Shown here piece after piece: positions 50,021-59,402 of a stretch of DNA of 64,000 bases; within the stretch, counting starts at the first letter, position 1, and each line of letters starts with the position of its first letter. The notes under the pieces were generated by a model, which did no database searches, was not told the DNA's origin, and worked only from the letters and a program-made list of their open reading frames with translations. A program made the position numbers and the translations under genes. The DNA is from Dehalococcoidia bacterium (GTDB taxonomy: Bacteria; Chloroflexota; Dehalococcoidia; Bin125), in NCBI GenBank assembly GCA_963663235.2, contig CAXXNO010000012.1, positions 256,001-320,000 on the forward strand. The letters are read 5' to 3'.

Positions 50021-51256
50021 CTACGCCACTACCTCCGCGGCCACCAGGTCGGCGATCTGCTCGTCGTTATACCCCAACCGCTCCTTCAGGATCTCTTGCG
50101 TGTGCTGGCCCAGCTCGGGAGCGACGCGGCGGATGCTGGCCGGGGTCTGCGTGAAGGTGACGGGGTGGTTGATCAGCGGCAACATCCCGTACCGCGGGTG
50201 GTCGACCTGCACGATGTAGTCGTTCGCCACCACCACGGGATCCGTGAGCAGATCACCCACCCGCTGTATCCGCTCGATGATCAGGTCCGGTTGCGTGCGC
50301 AGCTTCTGCTCCCACTCCGCCCGCGGCTTCGACGCAAAGAGCTCGTCCAGCATCCCCACGAGGATCTCGCAGTTCTGCCCGCGCGAGTCCAGCGTCGCGA
50401 AACGCTCGTCGTCCATGAGGTGCGTCAGCTCCATCGCCTCGCAGAACTTGGGCCAGTCCCGCTCCCCTTCGGCGATGCTGAGGAAGAGCCACTCGTCGTC
50501 GGCGCAGCGGTACCAGTTGAAGATCGGGTTCAACGCCGTCCGGCGATCGAACCGCGGCCACTCGGGCATCCCCAGCACCAGGGCGTTGCCCACCCCCCAA
50601 TGCTGCATCCACATCGCCGCCATGATGTGGGAGACCTCCACTCGCTGGCCCACGCCGTAGCGGTCGCGGGCCGTCAACGCCGCCAGCACCCCGTAGGCCA
50701 GGATCGTGGCGCCGGTCATGTCTGCGAGAGCGCGGTTGATCCAGACCGGCGGGTCGTCCGGCGTGCCGGCGGCCCACATCAGACCGCCACGCGCCGCGCC
50801 CACGGGGTCGAAGGCGGGCCGCTCCACTTCCTCGCCCTTGAACCCGTAGCCGCAGGCCACCGCATAGATCACGCGGGGATTGACCTGGCGCAGCACCTCG
50901 TAGCCCACGCCCAGGCGGTCCATGACGCCGGGCCGGTAGTTCTCCAGGAAGATGTCGGAGTCCTTCACCAGCTCCTTGACGATCTCGACGCCGGCCTCGG
51001 TCTTGAGGTCCAGCGCCAGCGAGCGCTTGTTGCGGTTCATGGTCAGGTAGGTCGCGCCCTCCCCGTCCGGCATGCGCGTGTCCATGCCGCCGCCGTAGAC
51101 CAGGGTGCGCGCGCCGTCGGGCCGGGTGGGGCTTTCGATCTTGATGACGTCGGCGCCCAGGTCGCCCAGCATCACGCCGGCCAGCGGACCGAAGCCCCAG
51201 GTGGAGCACTCCACGACCTTGATTCCATCGAGCGGCAGCATTCCGTTACTGGTCAT
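50021..51256 (-). CDS. CaiB/BaiF family III CoA-transferase
   Basis: LGDLGADVIKIE, NRNKRS, ENYRPG, ALADMTG, LGQHT. Confidence 0.94.
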   Translation of the reverse strand: MTSNGMLPLDGIKVVECSTWGFGPLAGVMLGDLGADVIKIESPTRPDGARTLVYGGGMDTRMPDGEGATYLTMNRNKRSLALDLKTEAGVEIVKELVKDSDIFLENYRPGVMDRLGVGYEVLRQVNPRVIYAVACGYGFKGEEVERPAFDPVGAARGGLMWAAGTPDDPPVWINRALADMTGATILAYGVLAALTARDRYGVGQRVEVSHIMAAMWMQHWGVGNALVLGMPEWPRFDRRTALNPIFNWYRCADDEWLFLSIAEGERDWPKFCEAMELTHLMDDERFATLDSRGQNCEILVGMLDELFASKPRAEWEQKLRTQPDLIIERIQRVGDLLTDPVVVANDYIVQVDHPRYGMLPLINHPVTFTQTPASIRRVAPELGQHTQEILKERLGYNDEQIADLVAAEVVA

Positions 51257-51366
51257 TGGGGGATCCTGTCGGTTGAACGGCGATCCGTCGGCGATGGATC
51301 GGCTGACGGATCGCGAGCCGCACTGCCCCGCGTCACGGCACGAGGGCGGGCTACCCGATGCGTGTG

Positions 51367-51395
51367 ATAGTCATTCCAGCCGCCGCCCCTGTCAA
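51367..51395 (-). promoter_or_regulatory. sigma70-like promoter for the tandem caiB genes
   Basis: TTGACA-N17-GACTAT. Confidence 0.55.
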
Positions 51396-51401
51396 GAACC
51401 G

Positions 51402-52175
51402 CTACGAACCAGACGCACTGTGTGGCGGCAGGCGCTCCGTCCCTTCCGTGGCCGGCCTCGTGGGGTCCACGATGAAGCGGAGCGCGGGCAGGGTCACGTC
51501 GGCGACGCTGTGGAAGGCGGAGACAGGATAGAACGGGTCCAGCTCCGCCGCCGACCACGCCGCCGCGTCGAACGCGAGCATCTCCGGCCGCCCCCGATCC
51601 GCGCGGTGGATGGTGTAGCCAGGATCGACCTGGATCAGCCGTGGCGCCTCCTGGCCGTCACGCCGCACGCGCGCAAGGTGCAGGCTGGGCGCGTAATAGA
51701 CGCTGGTCCCGCCCAGCGGCTGGGGGTCCACCAGCGCGCAGTCCAGGATACGGCGTCCCTCCACCTCCACCGTGCCGGTGATGCGGTCGTGGAGCCGCCG
51801 CGTCGCCACCGCCGCCCGGCGCGGCGCGTAGCCCCATCGCTCCGATAGTTCACGGATGGCGTCGTCCGAGTCGCAGGCGGAGCCCAAGAGCAGGACGCGC
51901 GGGAAGATTCCGGCACGGCAGGTGATCTGCACTTGCGCCAGCTTGAACGGCCCCACCGGACTCTCCGGCACGGCCATGAACGTGAAGTAGCCGATGACCG
52001 GCATCGTGGGGTGCAACGCCGGCGGCAGGAGCGCCTCCACCCGACGGTCGCCCGTCTCGAACAGCACGTGGAGGATCTCCACGTGCGAGAGCTCCCACGG
52101 CTCCGTCTTCAGGTCCCGCAGCAACGGCCGCTGCGCCAGTCCCACCGTGGCGTCGAGCGTGCCGCTGAACGGCAT
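51402..52175 (-). CDS. Acetoacetate decarboxylase-like superfamily protein
   Basis: ALLPPALHP, ESPVGPF, RWGY; coupled to upstream LLM by TGATG. Confidence 0.75.
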   Translation of the reverse strand: MPFSGTLDATVGLAQRPLLRDLKTEPWELSHVEILHVLFETGDRRVEALLPPALHPTMPVIGYFTFMAVPESPVGPFKLAQVQITCRAGIFPRVLLLGSACDSDDAIRELSERWGYAPRRAAVATRRLHDRITGTVEVEGRRILDCALVDPQPLGGTSVYYAPSLHLARVRRDGQEAPRLIQVDPGYTIHRADRGRPEMLAFDAAAWSAAELDPFYPVSAFHSVADVTLPALRFIVDPTRPATEGTERLPPHSASGS

Positions 52176-53284
52176 CAGCTGCCCGCGGAGGCGGCGGCTA
52201 CGGGCCGGTCGGCGAACTTGGGCATCACTTCCTTGGCGAAGAGCCGCAGGCTGTCCAACACCTCTTGCTGCGGCACCGTCTCCATCATGTTCAGCAGGAA
52301 CTGCACGCTGTCGACGCCCACCGCCTCCCAGCGCTTCAACGTCTCCGTGATGTGCTCCGGATCACCAATGGCGAGATCGGCCGACGGCCCGCTCTTCGCC
52401 TCATCGGCCTTCACCTTGTCCCGCAGTCCGGCCAGGAGGCCGCCCGTCGGGTAGGTGGGCGTGGGAAAGGCATCGCGGGTCTGCATGACCTGCGCCGCCA
52501 TGTAGCCGAACGTATCGGCCAGGCGCTGGCCCGTCTTCACGCCCGTCTCGTTGTCTTTGTGACAGTAAAGGAAGTTCACCGTGGCGATGTTTTCGTTGAC
52601 GAACTCGCCCACCGGCTCACAGGTTTGGATGATGCGCCGGTACTCCTTGAACCGGCCTTCCAGTTCCTCCGGGCGGCCGATCACCAGGGTCAGCGCGCCC
52701 AGGCCGCGCTCGGCTGCGTCGATCTCCGTGCCCGGCGTGGACACCGCCACCCACAACGGCGGATGCGGCTTCTGGTACGGCTTGGGCAGCACCGCCCGCG
52801 CCGGCATCTTGAACGCCCGGCCCACGTGGCTGTAGCGCTCCTGCGTCCACATCTTGGGGAGCGCGCGGACAATCTCGTCCCACGTCTTCTTCGTCTCTTC
52901 CGGGTTCGCGTCCATCCCGCCCAGCTCGGTCCAGGTCGCGGAGCGCCCGGTCCCCAGCTCCAGCCGCCCCCGCGAGAGGATGTCCAGCACCGCCGCCCGC
53001 TCCGCGATGCGCACCGGTTGGTTGAACTGCGGCACGCAGATCACGATGCCGTGGCCCACGCGGATCCGCTTCGTTTGCATGGCGCAGGCGGTGAGGAACA
53101 GCTCCGGCGACGAACAGTGCGAGAACTCCTCCAGGAAGTGGTGCTCCACCGCCCACACGTAGTCGAAGCCCAGTTCGTCCGCGACCCGCACTTGCTCCAG
53201 GCAGTTTTGGTAGACCTGGTATTCGGTCTCGGGACCCCAGGGACGGGGGATCGAGATCTCGTAGAAGATTCCGAACTTCATCAC
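52175..53284 (-). CDS. LLM class flavin-dependent oxidoreductase
   Basis: MKFGIFYE, WAVEHHFLEE, PKPYQKPHPPLW. Confidence 0.93.
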   Translation of the reverse strand: MMKFGIFYEISIPRPWGPETEYQVYQNCLEQVRVADELGFDYVWAVEHHFLEEFSHCSSPELFLTACAMQTKRIRVGHGIVICVPQFNQPVRIAERAAVLDILSRGRLELGTGRSATWTELGGMDANPEETKKTWDEIVRALPKMWTQERYSHVGRAFKMPARAVLPKPYQKPHPPLWVAVSTPGTEIDAAERGLGALTLVIGRPEELEGRFKEYRRIIQTCEPVGEFVNENIATVNFLYCHKDNETGVKTGQRLADTFGYMAAQVMQTRDAFPTPTYPTGGLLAGLRDKVKADEAKSGPSADLAIGDPEHITETLKRWEAVGVDSVQFLLNMMETVPQQEVLDSLRLFAKEVMPKFADRPVAAASAGS

Positions 53285-53410
53285 AATGCCTCAGCGTGAC
53301 GATTGGGCTCTGCGGCCCGGCTCCCAGCGACGCGGACGAACGTTAACAGATTCTCGCCGGGGAGCCAATCCTCCGCAGGGGAGGTCGGCCGGCCGCGCGG
53401 CCGCGCCGCG

Positions 53411-54568
53411 CTAGACGACCGCCGTGAACCGCTGCAGGCGGAACATCCCGATGTCGTGCGACGTCTCCCCCCGCTCCGTCAGGTCTGCCATGATCTCGCC
53501 CACGACGCTGCAAAACTTGAAGCCGTGCCCAGAGAAGCCCGCGGCGATCGCCACCTGCGCGTACTCCGGGTGCCGGTCCAAGATGAAGTGCTCGTCGGGC
53601 GTGTTGCTGAACAGACACGCCTTGAGCGCCATCGTCGGCCCCGCGCCTGCGGGCAGATAACGCTCGACGAAGGACCGCAGCACCTCCTCGTCGCGAGGAT
53701 GGCACTCCCGATCGACCGCGTCAGGATCGCACGCCTCCTCCAGGTGGTGATAGCGTCCCACCTTCACGCCGGGCGCTCCGTGGATCGGCAGCCCGTAGAA
53801 GTGGCCCTCATCGACGCTGAGGTTGAAGACCGGAAACGTCGACGGCTGGAACAGCGCCGGATCCCGCGGCTGGAACCAACCGAGTACCTGCCGCTCCGGT
53901 GTCACCGTCGCTCCCAGCTCCGCCACCAGCTTCCCCGCCCACGCGCCCGCCGTCACCACCAGCCGGTCGGCCTCGTAGACGGCGCGATCGCTGCTCACGC
54001 GCACGCCGTCCCCCGTCGCCTCCCACGACGTGATGGCCTCCCGCGCGCGAATCTCCGCTCCCAGCGATTGCGCCAGCGTCACGTACGCCACGATGCAGCG
54101 CTCCGGCGTCAGGAAGCCGCCGTCCGGCTGCAAGACGGCCCGCGTCTCCGGCGGCAGCCGGTAGCCGGGAAACCGCGCCGACAACTCGGCGCTCGTTAGG
54201 ATCTCGTGCTCCAGCCCGTGCATCTCGCAGGCCTCGCGCGAGCCTTCGAAGATCCGTGCGCCCGGCGGACCCGCGTCGATCGACCCCGTGATGGTCAGCA
54301 ACTGCTCGCCCGCCCGCGACTCAAGATCGCGCCACAGCGCGTAGGCCCGACGCAGCAGCGGCACGTACGACGGATGCTCGAAGTACGCCAGCCGGATCAC
54401 CCGCGTGTGACCGTGGGATGACCCCATCTCATGGGGAATGTCGTAGCGCTCCAACCCCAGCACGCGCAGTCCCCGCGCCGCCAGGTGATACGCGGTCGCG
54501 CTGCCCATCCCGCCCACGCCCGCGACGATGACGTCGTAGCGCTCGCGCTGGCCTCCTACGACCATCAC
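53411..54568 (-). CDS. solA: N-methyl-L-tryptophan oxidase / monomeric sarcosine oxidase
   Basis: GVGGMGS, GSSHGHTRVIR, ACLFSNTPDEHFILD, GFSGHGFKF. Confidence 0.88.
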   Translation of the reverse strand: MMVVGGQRERYDVIVAGVGGMGSATAYHLAARGLRVLGLERYDIPHEMGSSHGHTRVIRLAYFEHPSYVPLLRRAYALWRDLESRAGEQLLTITGSIDAGPPGARIFEGSREACEMHGLEHEILTSAELSARFPGYRLPPETRAVLQPDGGFLTPERCIVAYVTLAQSLGAEIRAREAITSWEATGDGVRVSSDRAVYEADRLVVTAGAWAGKLVAELGATVTPERQVLGWFQPRDPALFQPSTFPVFNLSVDEGHFYGLPIHGAPGVKVGRYHHLEEACDPDAVDRECHPRDEEVLRSFVERYLPAGAGPTMALKACLFSNTPDEHFILDRHPEYAQVAIAAGFSGHGFKFCSVVGEIMADLTERGETSHDIGMFRLQRFTAVV

Positions 54569-54667
54569 CGCCTCAGCCCGCGTGCATCAGCCTGCCACTC
54601 GGAAGGCTGCGGGTTCTGCAGGCGCCCGACCGTCCGCCTCACATGTTTCGCTCGTGACCGTCGGAGA

Positions 54668-55879
54668 TCAACCGCAAGGATTGAGAGGCGTCCCACACGG
54701 GATCTCAATCTCTAGTGCCGTCTCCGTGACGACCCACAAGACGTCACCGTCGATCAGAGCGAAGTTGGTTTGGCCCAGCGCCGGGATGAACGAGATCCAG
54801 CTCACAGCAGTGGCGTTGAACAGCCAGGCGATCTTGACCGTGCCGAACACGTCCGCCGCCTGCGCCGGCCCGAACGGCCAGAACACGAACTGCCCGCCCG
54901 CGTTCAACACGAGGATGTTGAAAGCCTCAGGCTCCGGCGCGCCGTCTCCGTTCTCGGGCTCACCGTCTCCCGCAGGCACATTCGCGACGATCTGGCCGCG
55001 AATCTCACCCGCCGGGATGGCCACGGTGTGGACGTTCACGTAGGCGTTGCCCGCCTCCATCTCCGCAACCAGGTCGGCGATGGTCCCGCCTTCCAGCGGG
55101 CCGATGAGATCGGCGGCGGTGATAGTGCCCGGCACCTGCACGCCGTCCACGCCTTCCGCGACAAGGCCGAAGAGGAACGCCGTGACCGGCCCGTTGTCAT
55201 CGGCCGGCCCGATGTGGATGTGCGCCTGCGTCACGCCGATGATGTCTCTCGCCACGAGCTCGAAGGAAATCGTGTCGCCCTCCAGCGTCGCGTCGAACGA
55301 CCCGCTCCCGTCCGTTTCGGTGGGGGGCACCTCTGCGCCGCCGCTCAGCGTGGCGCTGAACGTCTCCTCCGGCGGAATCCCGACAATCTGGCCGCGAATC
55401 TCACCCCCCGCGTTGACCAGGGTGTGGACGTTCACGTAGGCGTTGCCCGCCCGCATCTCCGCAACCAGGTCGGCGATGGTCCCGCCTTCCAGCGGGCCGA
55501 TGAGATCGGCCGCGGTCAGGGTGCCGTCGGCATCCACGCCGTCCACACCTTCCTCGACAAGGCCGAAGAGGAACGCCGCGACCGGCCCGGTGTCATCGGC
55601 CGGCCCGATGTGGATGTGCGCCTGCGTCACGCCGACGATATCCGTGGCCGCGAGCCCGAAGGCAATCGTCTCGCCGTCCTGGCCAACCTGCAGCGTCGCC
55701 GCGAACGACCCGGTCCCGTCCGATTCGACGGGGGGCACCTCGGCGTCGCCGCTCAGCGTAGCGCTGAACTGCACCGCCTGCGCCTGAACCTGCGCCCCGC
55801 CGCTCAACCCCAGGGCCAGCCCAATGGCGACCGCCAAGCCTGCCATCACCGTCGTCGCCATCCCTAGTCGAAACCGCAT
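54668..55879 (-). CDS. Secreted protein with two tandem CHRD domains
   Basis: Signal peptide; two copies of LSG.AEVPP...QAHIH.GP...YVNVHT...GEIRGQI. Confidence 0.9.
   Translation of the reverse strand: MRFRLGMATTVMAGLAVAIGLALGLSGGAQVQAQAVQFSATLSGDAEVPPVESDGTGSFAATLQVGQDGETIAFGLAATDIVGVTQAHIHIGPADDTGPVAAFLFGLVEEGVDGVDADGTLTAADLIGPLEGGTIADLVAEMRAGNAYVNVHTLVNAGGEIRGQIVGIPPEETFSATLSGGAEVPPTETDGSGSFDATLEGDTISFELVARDIIGVTQAHIHIGPADDNGPVTAFLFGLVAEGVDGVQVPGTITAADLIGPLEGGTIADLVAEMEAGNAYVNVHTVAIPAGEIRGQIVANVPAGDGEPENGDGAPEPEAFNILVLNAGGQFVFWPFGPAQAADVFGTVKIAWLFNATAVSWISFIPALGQTNFALIDGDVLWVVTETALEIEIPCGTPLNPCG
54985..55770. repeat. Intragenic tandem duplication (about 0.39-kb unit) encoding the two CHRD domains
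   Basis: Long identical DNA tracts between about 54985-55361 and 55381-55769. Confidence 0.9.
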
Positions 55880-56292
55880 GGGCTTCTCCCCTTCCAGCAC
55901 GTGGCTCCGCTCCGGCCGGGACCGGCCCGAGCCCGCTGAGGCTAACCACTGCCTGGTCGTGCCGCAACCCATCGGGTCGGGCGGCGCGGGTCAGCGCCTC
56001 CTTGGGGGAGGCCGGCTCCGCGCGGAAGGCGCGCCTCTGCTGCTGCGAGCGGTCCGGCTCAGAGTTCAACCTGGCGCCGAATGCGCTCCCGGTTCCGGCC
56101 ATCCCCGAGATCGGGCGCTCCGAGGCCGTCACGAACACCGCCGTCGACGCTCTATAGAACGTGCGGGTCGGTTGTCCGATGCTGCTCCCTGCTTCCGGTC
56201 GCGCCCGTGGCAGCCCGGCGCCGGCCCGCACCTTCAGCACCTACCGCGCGGGACCGACCGCTCGGTAGGCTGGGCGTCCGCCCGCGCCCGCG

Positions 56293-57366
56293 TCAATCGC
56301 GAGCCGCGGCCGGCCTTCCTCCGAGACCGCCCCGCGTCCCCGTCTCCGACGCGGCATCCGCCCCCGGCAGCTCGAACTCCTTCGCCAGCAACTCGTATGA
56401 CCGCAGCCGCGGCTCGAAGTCGTAGGTGATCGTCACGATCACGAACTCGTCGACGCCGTAAGCCTGGGCCAACTGCTCCAAGCGGTCGCGCACCTGCCCC
56501 GGCGTCCCGTGGATCGACCTGCCGCGCAGGTAGTCCAGGTACTCGCGCTCTTGATCCGTGTAGGGATACGAAAGCGCTTCCTCCACCGAGGGGATGCCCC
56601 GGTCTTGGATGCCACGATTGGCCTGGATCCGCCAGCACCAGCGGGTCCAGGAGAGCCGCTCAGCCTCCTCCTCCGTGTCGGCGCACACCACGAAGACGCC
56701 CAGGCTGACCCGCGGCTCTTCCAGCACGGGCGACGGCTGAAACGCGTCGCGGTAGGCGCGCACGACCCCCTCACCCCCATCCGGGCTGATGAACTGGGCG
56801 AAAGAGAAACCCCAGCCGATCTGGGCCGCGTAGTGCGCGCTCACGTTCGCCGACCCCAGCAGCCACAACTCGGGCATCCCCGCGCCGGGCGGCATGGCGT
56901 GGATGCCCTTGTACCGGTGGTCCGGCGGGAACTCATCGGCCAGGAAGTCATAGAGGTCCAGCAGTTGCTCGGGAAAATGCTCGATCCCTAACGCCCCGGG
57001 CCCGTGCGCCAGCGCTCGGGCGGTGCGCGTGTCGGCTCCCGGCGCCCGCCCGATCCCGAGGTCGATCCGGCCGGGGAACAGCGTCTCGAGCGTCCGAAAA
57101 AGCTCCGCCACCTTGAGCGGGCTGTAATGCGTCAGCATCACCCCGCCCGACCCGATCCGGATCCGCGACGTCCGAGCCGCCACTTGCGGGATGAGGATCT
57201 CCGGGGCGGGGCAGGCAAGCGAGCCGGTGTTGTGGTGCTCCGCCAGCCAGTAGCGGCCGTAACCCCAACGATCGGCAGCCTCCGCCAGCCGGAACGTCTC
57301 CGCGACCGCCGCCGCCGCGGTGCCGCCGTCTCGGACCGGAATCTGATCCAGAACGCCCAGCTTCAC
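56293..57366 (-). CDS. LLM class oxidoreductase (YhbW/MsnO8-like)
   Basis: KLGVLDQ, YWLAEHHN, GSGGVML, DLGIGRAPG, WLLGS. Confidence 0.92.
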   Translation of the reverse strand: MKLGVLDQIPVRDGGTAAAAVAETFRLAEAADRWGYGRYWLAEHHNTGSLACPAPEILIPQVAARTSRIRIGSGGVMLTHYSPLKVAELFRTLETLFPGRIDLGIGRAPGADTRTARALAHGPGALGIEHFPEQLLDLYDFLADEFPPDHRYKGIHAMPPGAGMPELWLLGSANVSAHYAAQIGWGFSFAQFISPDGGEGVVRAYRDAFQPSPVLEEPRVSLGVFVVCADTEEEAERLSWTRWCWRIQANRGIQDRGIPSVEEALSYPYTDQEREYLDYLRGRSIHGTPGQVRDRLEQLAQAYGVDEFVIVTITYDFEPRLRSYELLAKEFELPGADAASETGTRGGLGGRPAAARD

Positions 57367-57522
57367 GCGCGCTGCCCCTCGCCCGGCCACGACCCAGCAC
57401 GGGCCTCCGCGGCGACGGACGATCGGCCCGCGCGCCGGAAGCCCGCCTCGCGGCGACGGCTTCTGCTAGCCTCCGACTCCACGACGGAGATCGACGGGAC
57501 TTGCATCGGGAGAGCTACCGCC

Positions 57523-58299
57523 ATGACCACGTTCAGTGAGTATGCCAACAAGTACAACCACCTCAAGATGGAGCGCCGCGACGGCATCCTTCAGGTCACC
57601 GTACATACCGACGATGGGCCGCTCCAGTGGGGCCTTGTACCCCATCGCGAGTGCGCCGAGGCCTTCCGCGACATCGCCACCGACCGCGGCAACTCGGCCG
57701 TCATCCTCACCGGCGCCGGCGACGCCTTCTCCGGCCCCAAGGGCAACCCCGGCAGCCGCCCCAACGTCGAGGCCCGCGAGTGGGACGTCATCCACTGGGA
57801 AGGCCGCGAGTTGCTGTGGAACCTGCTGAGCATCGAGGTGCCGATGATCAGCGCCATCAACGGCCCCGCCTACCGCCACCCCGAGATTCCGCTGCTCTGC
57901 GATATCGTCCTCGCCGCCGACGGCGCGCGCGTCCAGGACTCCGGCCACTTCATCAACGGCATGGTCCCGGGCGATGGCGTCCACATCGTCTTTCCGTTGC
58001 TCATGGGCTGGAACCGCGGCCGCTACTTTCTCATGACCGGCCAGGACCTCTCGGTGCAGGAAGCCAAAGAGGCGGGCCTTGTGAATGAGGTGCTCCCCCG
58101 CGACCAGTTGCTGCCCAGGGCTTGGGAGCTGGCCGAGCAGATCGTCAAGCAGCCACCGCTGACCATCCGCTACACCCGACTCCTCGTCACGCATTACCTG
58201 AAAAGCATGATGCACGACATGCTGGGCTACGGCCTGGCGCTGGAGGGCATGGCCCTGCTCGATACCCCGCGCGACGAGGGCTACAAGCTGCCCGAGTAG
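57523..58299 (+). CDS. Crotonase family, 6-oxocamphor (beta-diketone) hydrolase-like
   Basis: HTDDGPLQW, AINGPAYRHPE, QDSGHF..GMVPGDG, GWNRGRYF. Confidence 0.82.
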   Translation: MTTFSEYANKYNHLKMERRDGILQVTVHTDDGPLQWGLVPHRECAEAFRDIATDRGNSAVILTGAGDAFSGPKGNPGSRPNVEAREWDVIHWEGRELLWNLLSIEVPMISAINGPAYRHPEIPLLCDIVLAADGARVQDSGHFINGMVPGDGVHIVFPLLMGWNRGRYFLMTGQDLSVQEAKEAGLVNEVLPRDQLLPRAWELAEQIVKQPPLTIRYTRLLVTHYLKSMMHDMLGYGLALEGMALLDTPRDEGYKLPE

Positions 58300-58342
58300 G
58301 ACCAGTCGTCGACGGGCATCGCCAAAGGCCCGCGATCGGCCG

Positions 58343-59377
58343 CTACCAGTCCTGCCGCCATTCGCCCGCGGCGCGGATCTGCCGCGCCGCCGGCAGCACC
58401 TCCTGCCCGAACCACTCGATCTGCTCCTGCACCTCCCGCACCGTGCCCGACGGCGCGTCGAAGATCAGGTTCACCAGCGAATACCCGGCCGCCGCGAACT
58501 TCCCTAGGTCCTCCAGCACCTGCTCCGCGGTCCCCGTGCAACGCGGGCGCCGCTTCTTCCGCGATAGCTCGTGGTCCGGCTGCGTCATGTACGCCGACGT
58601 GACCGTCCCCATGCGAAAGTCCGACAAGTCCCGCCCCACTCGCTCCGCTTCCCGCCGCACCGCCTCCTGCATCGCATCGAACATATTCGGCGGGTCGTAC
58701 GGCGCCTGGATCGCCGTATAGACCCCGTCGCACTGCTGCACCGCCCGACGCCCGCCCGCCGCTGTCAGCGCTCCCCAGACGATCGGTGGGTGCGGCTGCT
58801 GCACCGGCTTCGGCTCCATAGAGAGCTGCGCGAAGTCGTAGTACTCGCCCTGATACTCCACGTCGTGCTGCGACCACGCCGCCTTGTAGACGTCGATGCA
58901 TTCCACCGTCCGCGCCACGCGCTCCTCGAACCGCACCCCCAGCGCCGCGAACTCCTCCCGGTTCCAGCCGGGCCCGACCCCCAGGATCAGGCGGCCGTTG
59001 GACAGCACGTCCAGCGACGCCAACTGCCGCGCGTCGCTGAGCGGATGCCGGTACGGCGCGATCAGCACCCCGGGCGCGAAGCGGATCCGGCTGGTGCTCA
59101 CCGCCACCGCCGCCAGCACCACGAACGTGTCCAGGATGTTCACGTCGATGGGGTAGGCGCGCCGCGCCGTCGCATCCGGGTTCGTGGGGTGCGCTCCCAC
59201 GGTGTCCTTGGGCATCGTCACGTGATCGCCGACCCACACGGAGTGGTAGCCCAGCCGCTCGGCTTGCTGCGCCACCTGGACGGGGCGCATCTCCACCGCG
59301 GGCACGTTCTGCCAGAACCATGCCTTCTCGTCGCGCAGGCCCACCCCATGCGTGGGCATGTACAGCCCGATCTCCAT
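58343..59377 (-). CDS. LLM class oxidoreductase (probable F420-dependent subfamily)
   Basis: GYHSVWVGDHV, PYRHPL, SLDVLSNGRLILGVG, PKPVQQPHPPI. Confidence 0.88.
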   Translation of the reverse strand: MEIGLYMPTHGVGLRDEKAWFWQNVPAVEMRPVQVAQQAERLGYHSVWVGDHVTMPKDTVGAHPTNPDATARRAYPIDVNILDTFVVLAAVAVSTSRIRFAPGVLIAPYRHPLSDARQLASLDVLSNGRLILGVGPGWNREEFAALGVRFEERVARTVECIDVYKAAWSQHDVEYQGEYYDFAQLSMEPKPVQQPHPPIVWGALTAAGGRRAVQQCDGVYTAIQAPYDPPNMFDAMQEAVRREAERVGRDLSDFRMGTVTSAYMTQPDHELSRKKRRPRCTGTAEQVLEDLGKFAAAGYSLVNLIFDAPSGTVREVQEQIEWFGQEVLPAARQIRAAGEWRQDW

Positions 59378-59402
59378 CGCTGCCGCTCCTTCCGGGCGGG
59401 GC

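Noticed and set aside
55880-56290. c-di-AMP or other riboswitch upstream of the CHRD gene
   Set aside because: GC-rich stems exist, but the conserved ydaO motifs (GGGGUGAA, CAGCUAAC) are missing.
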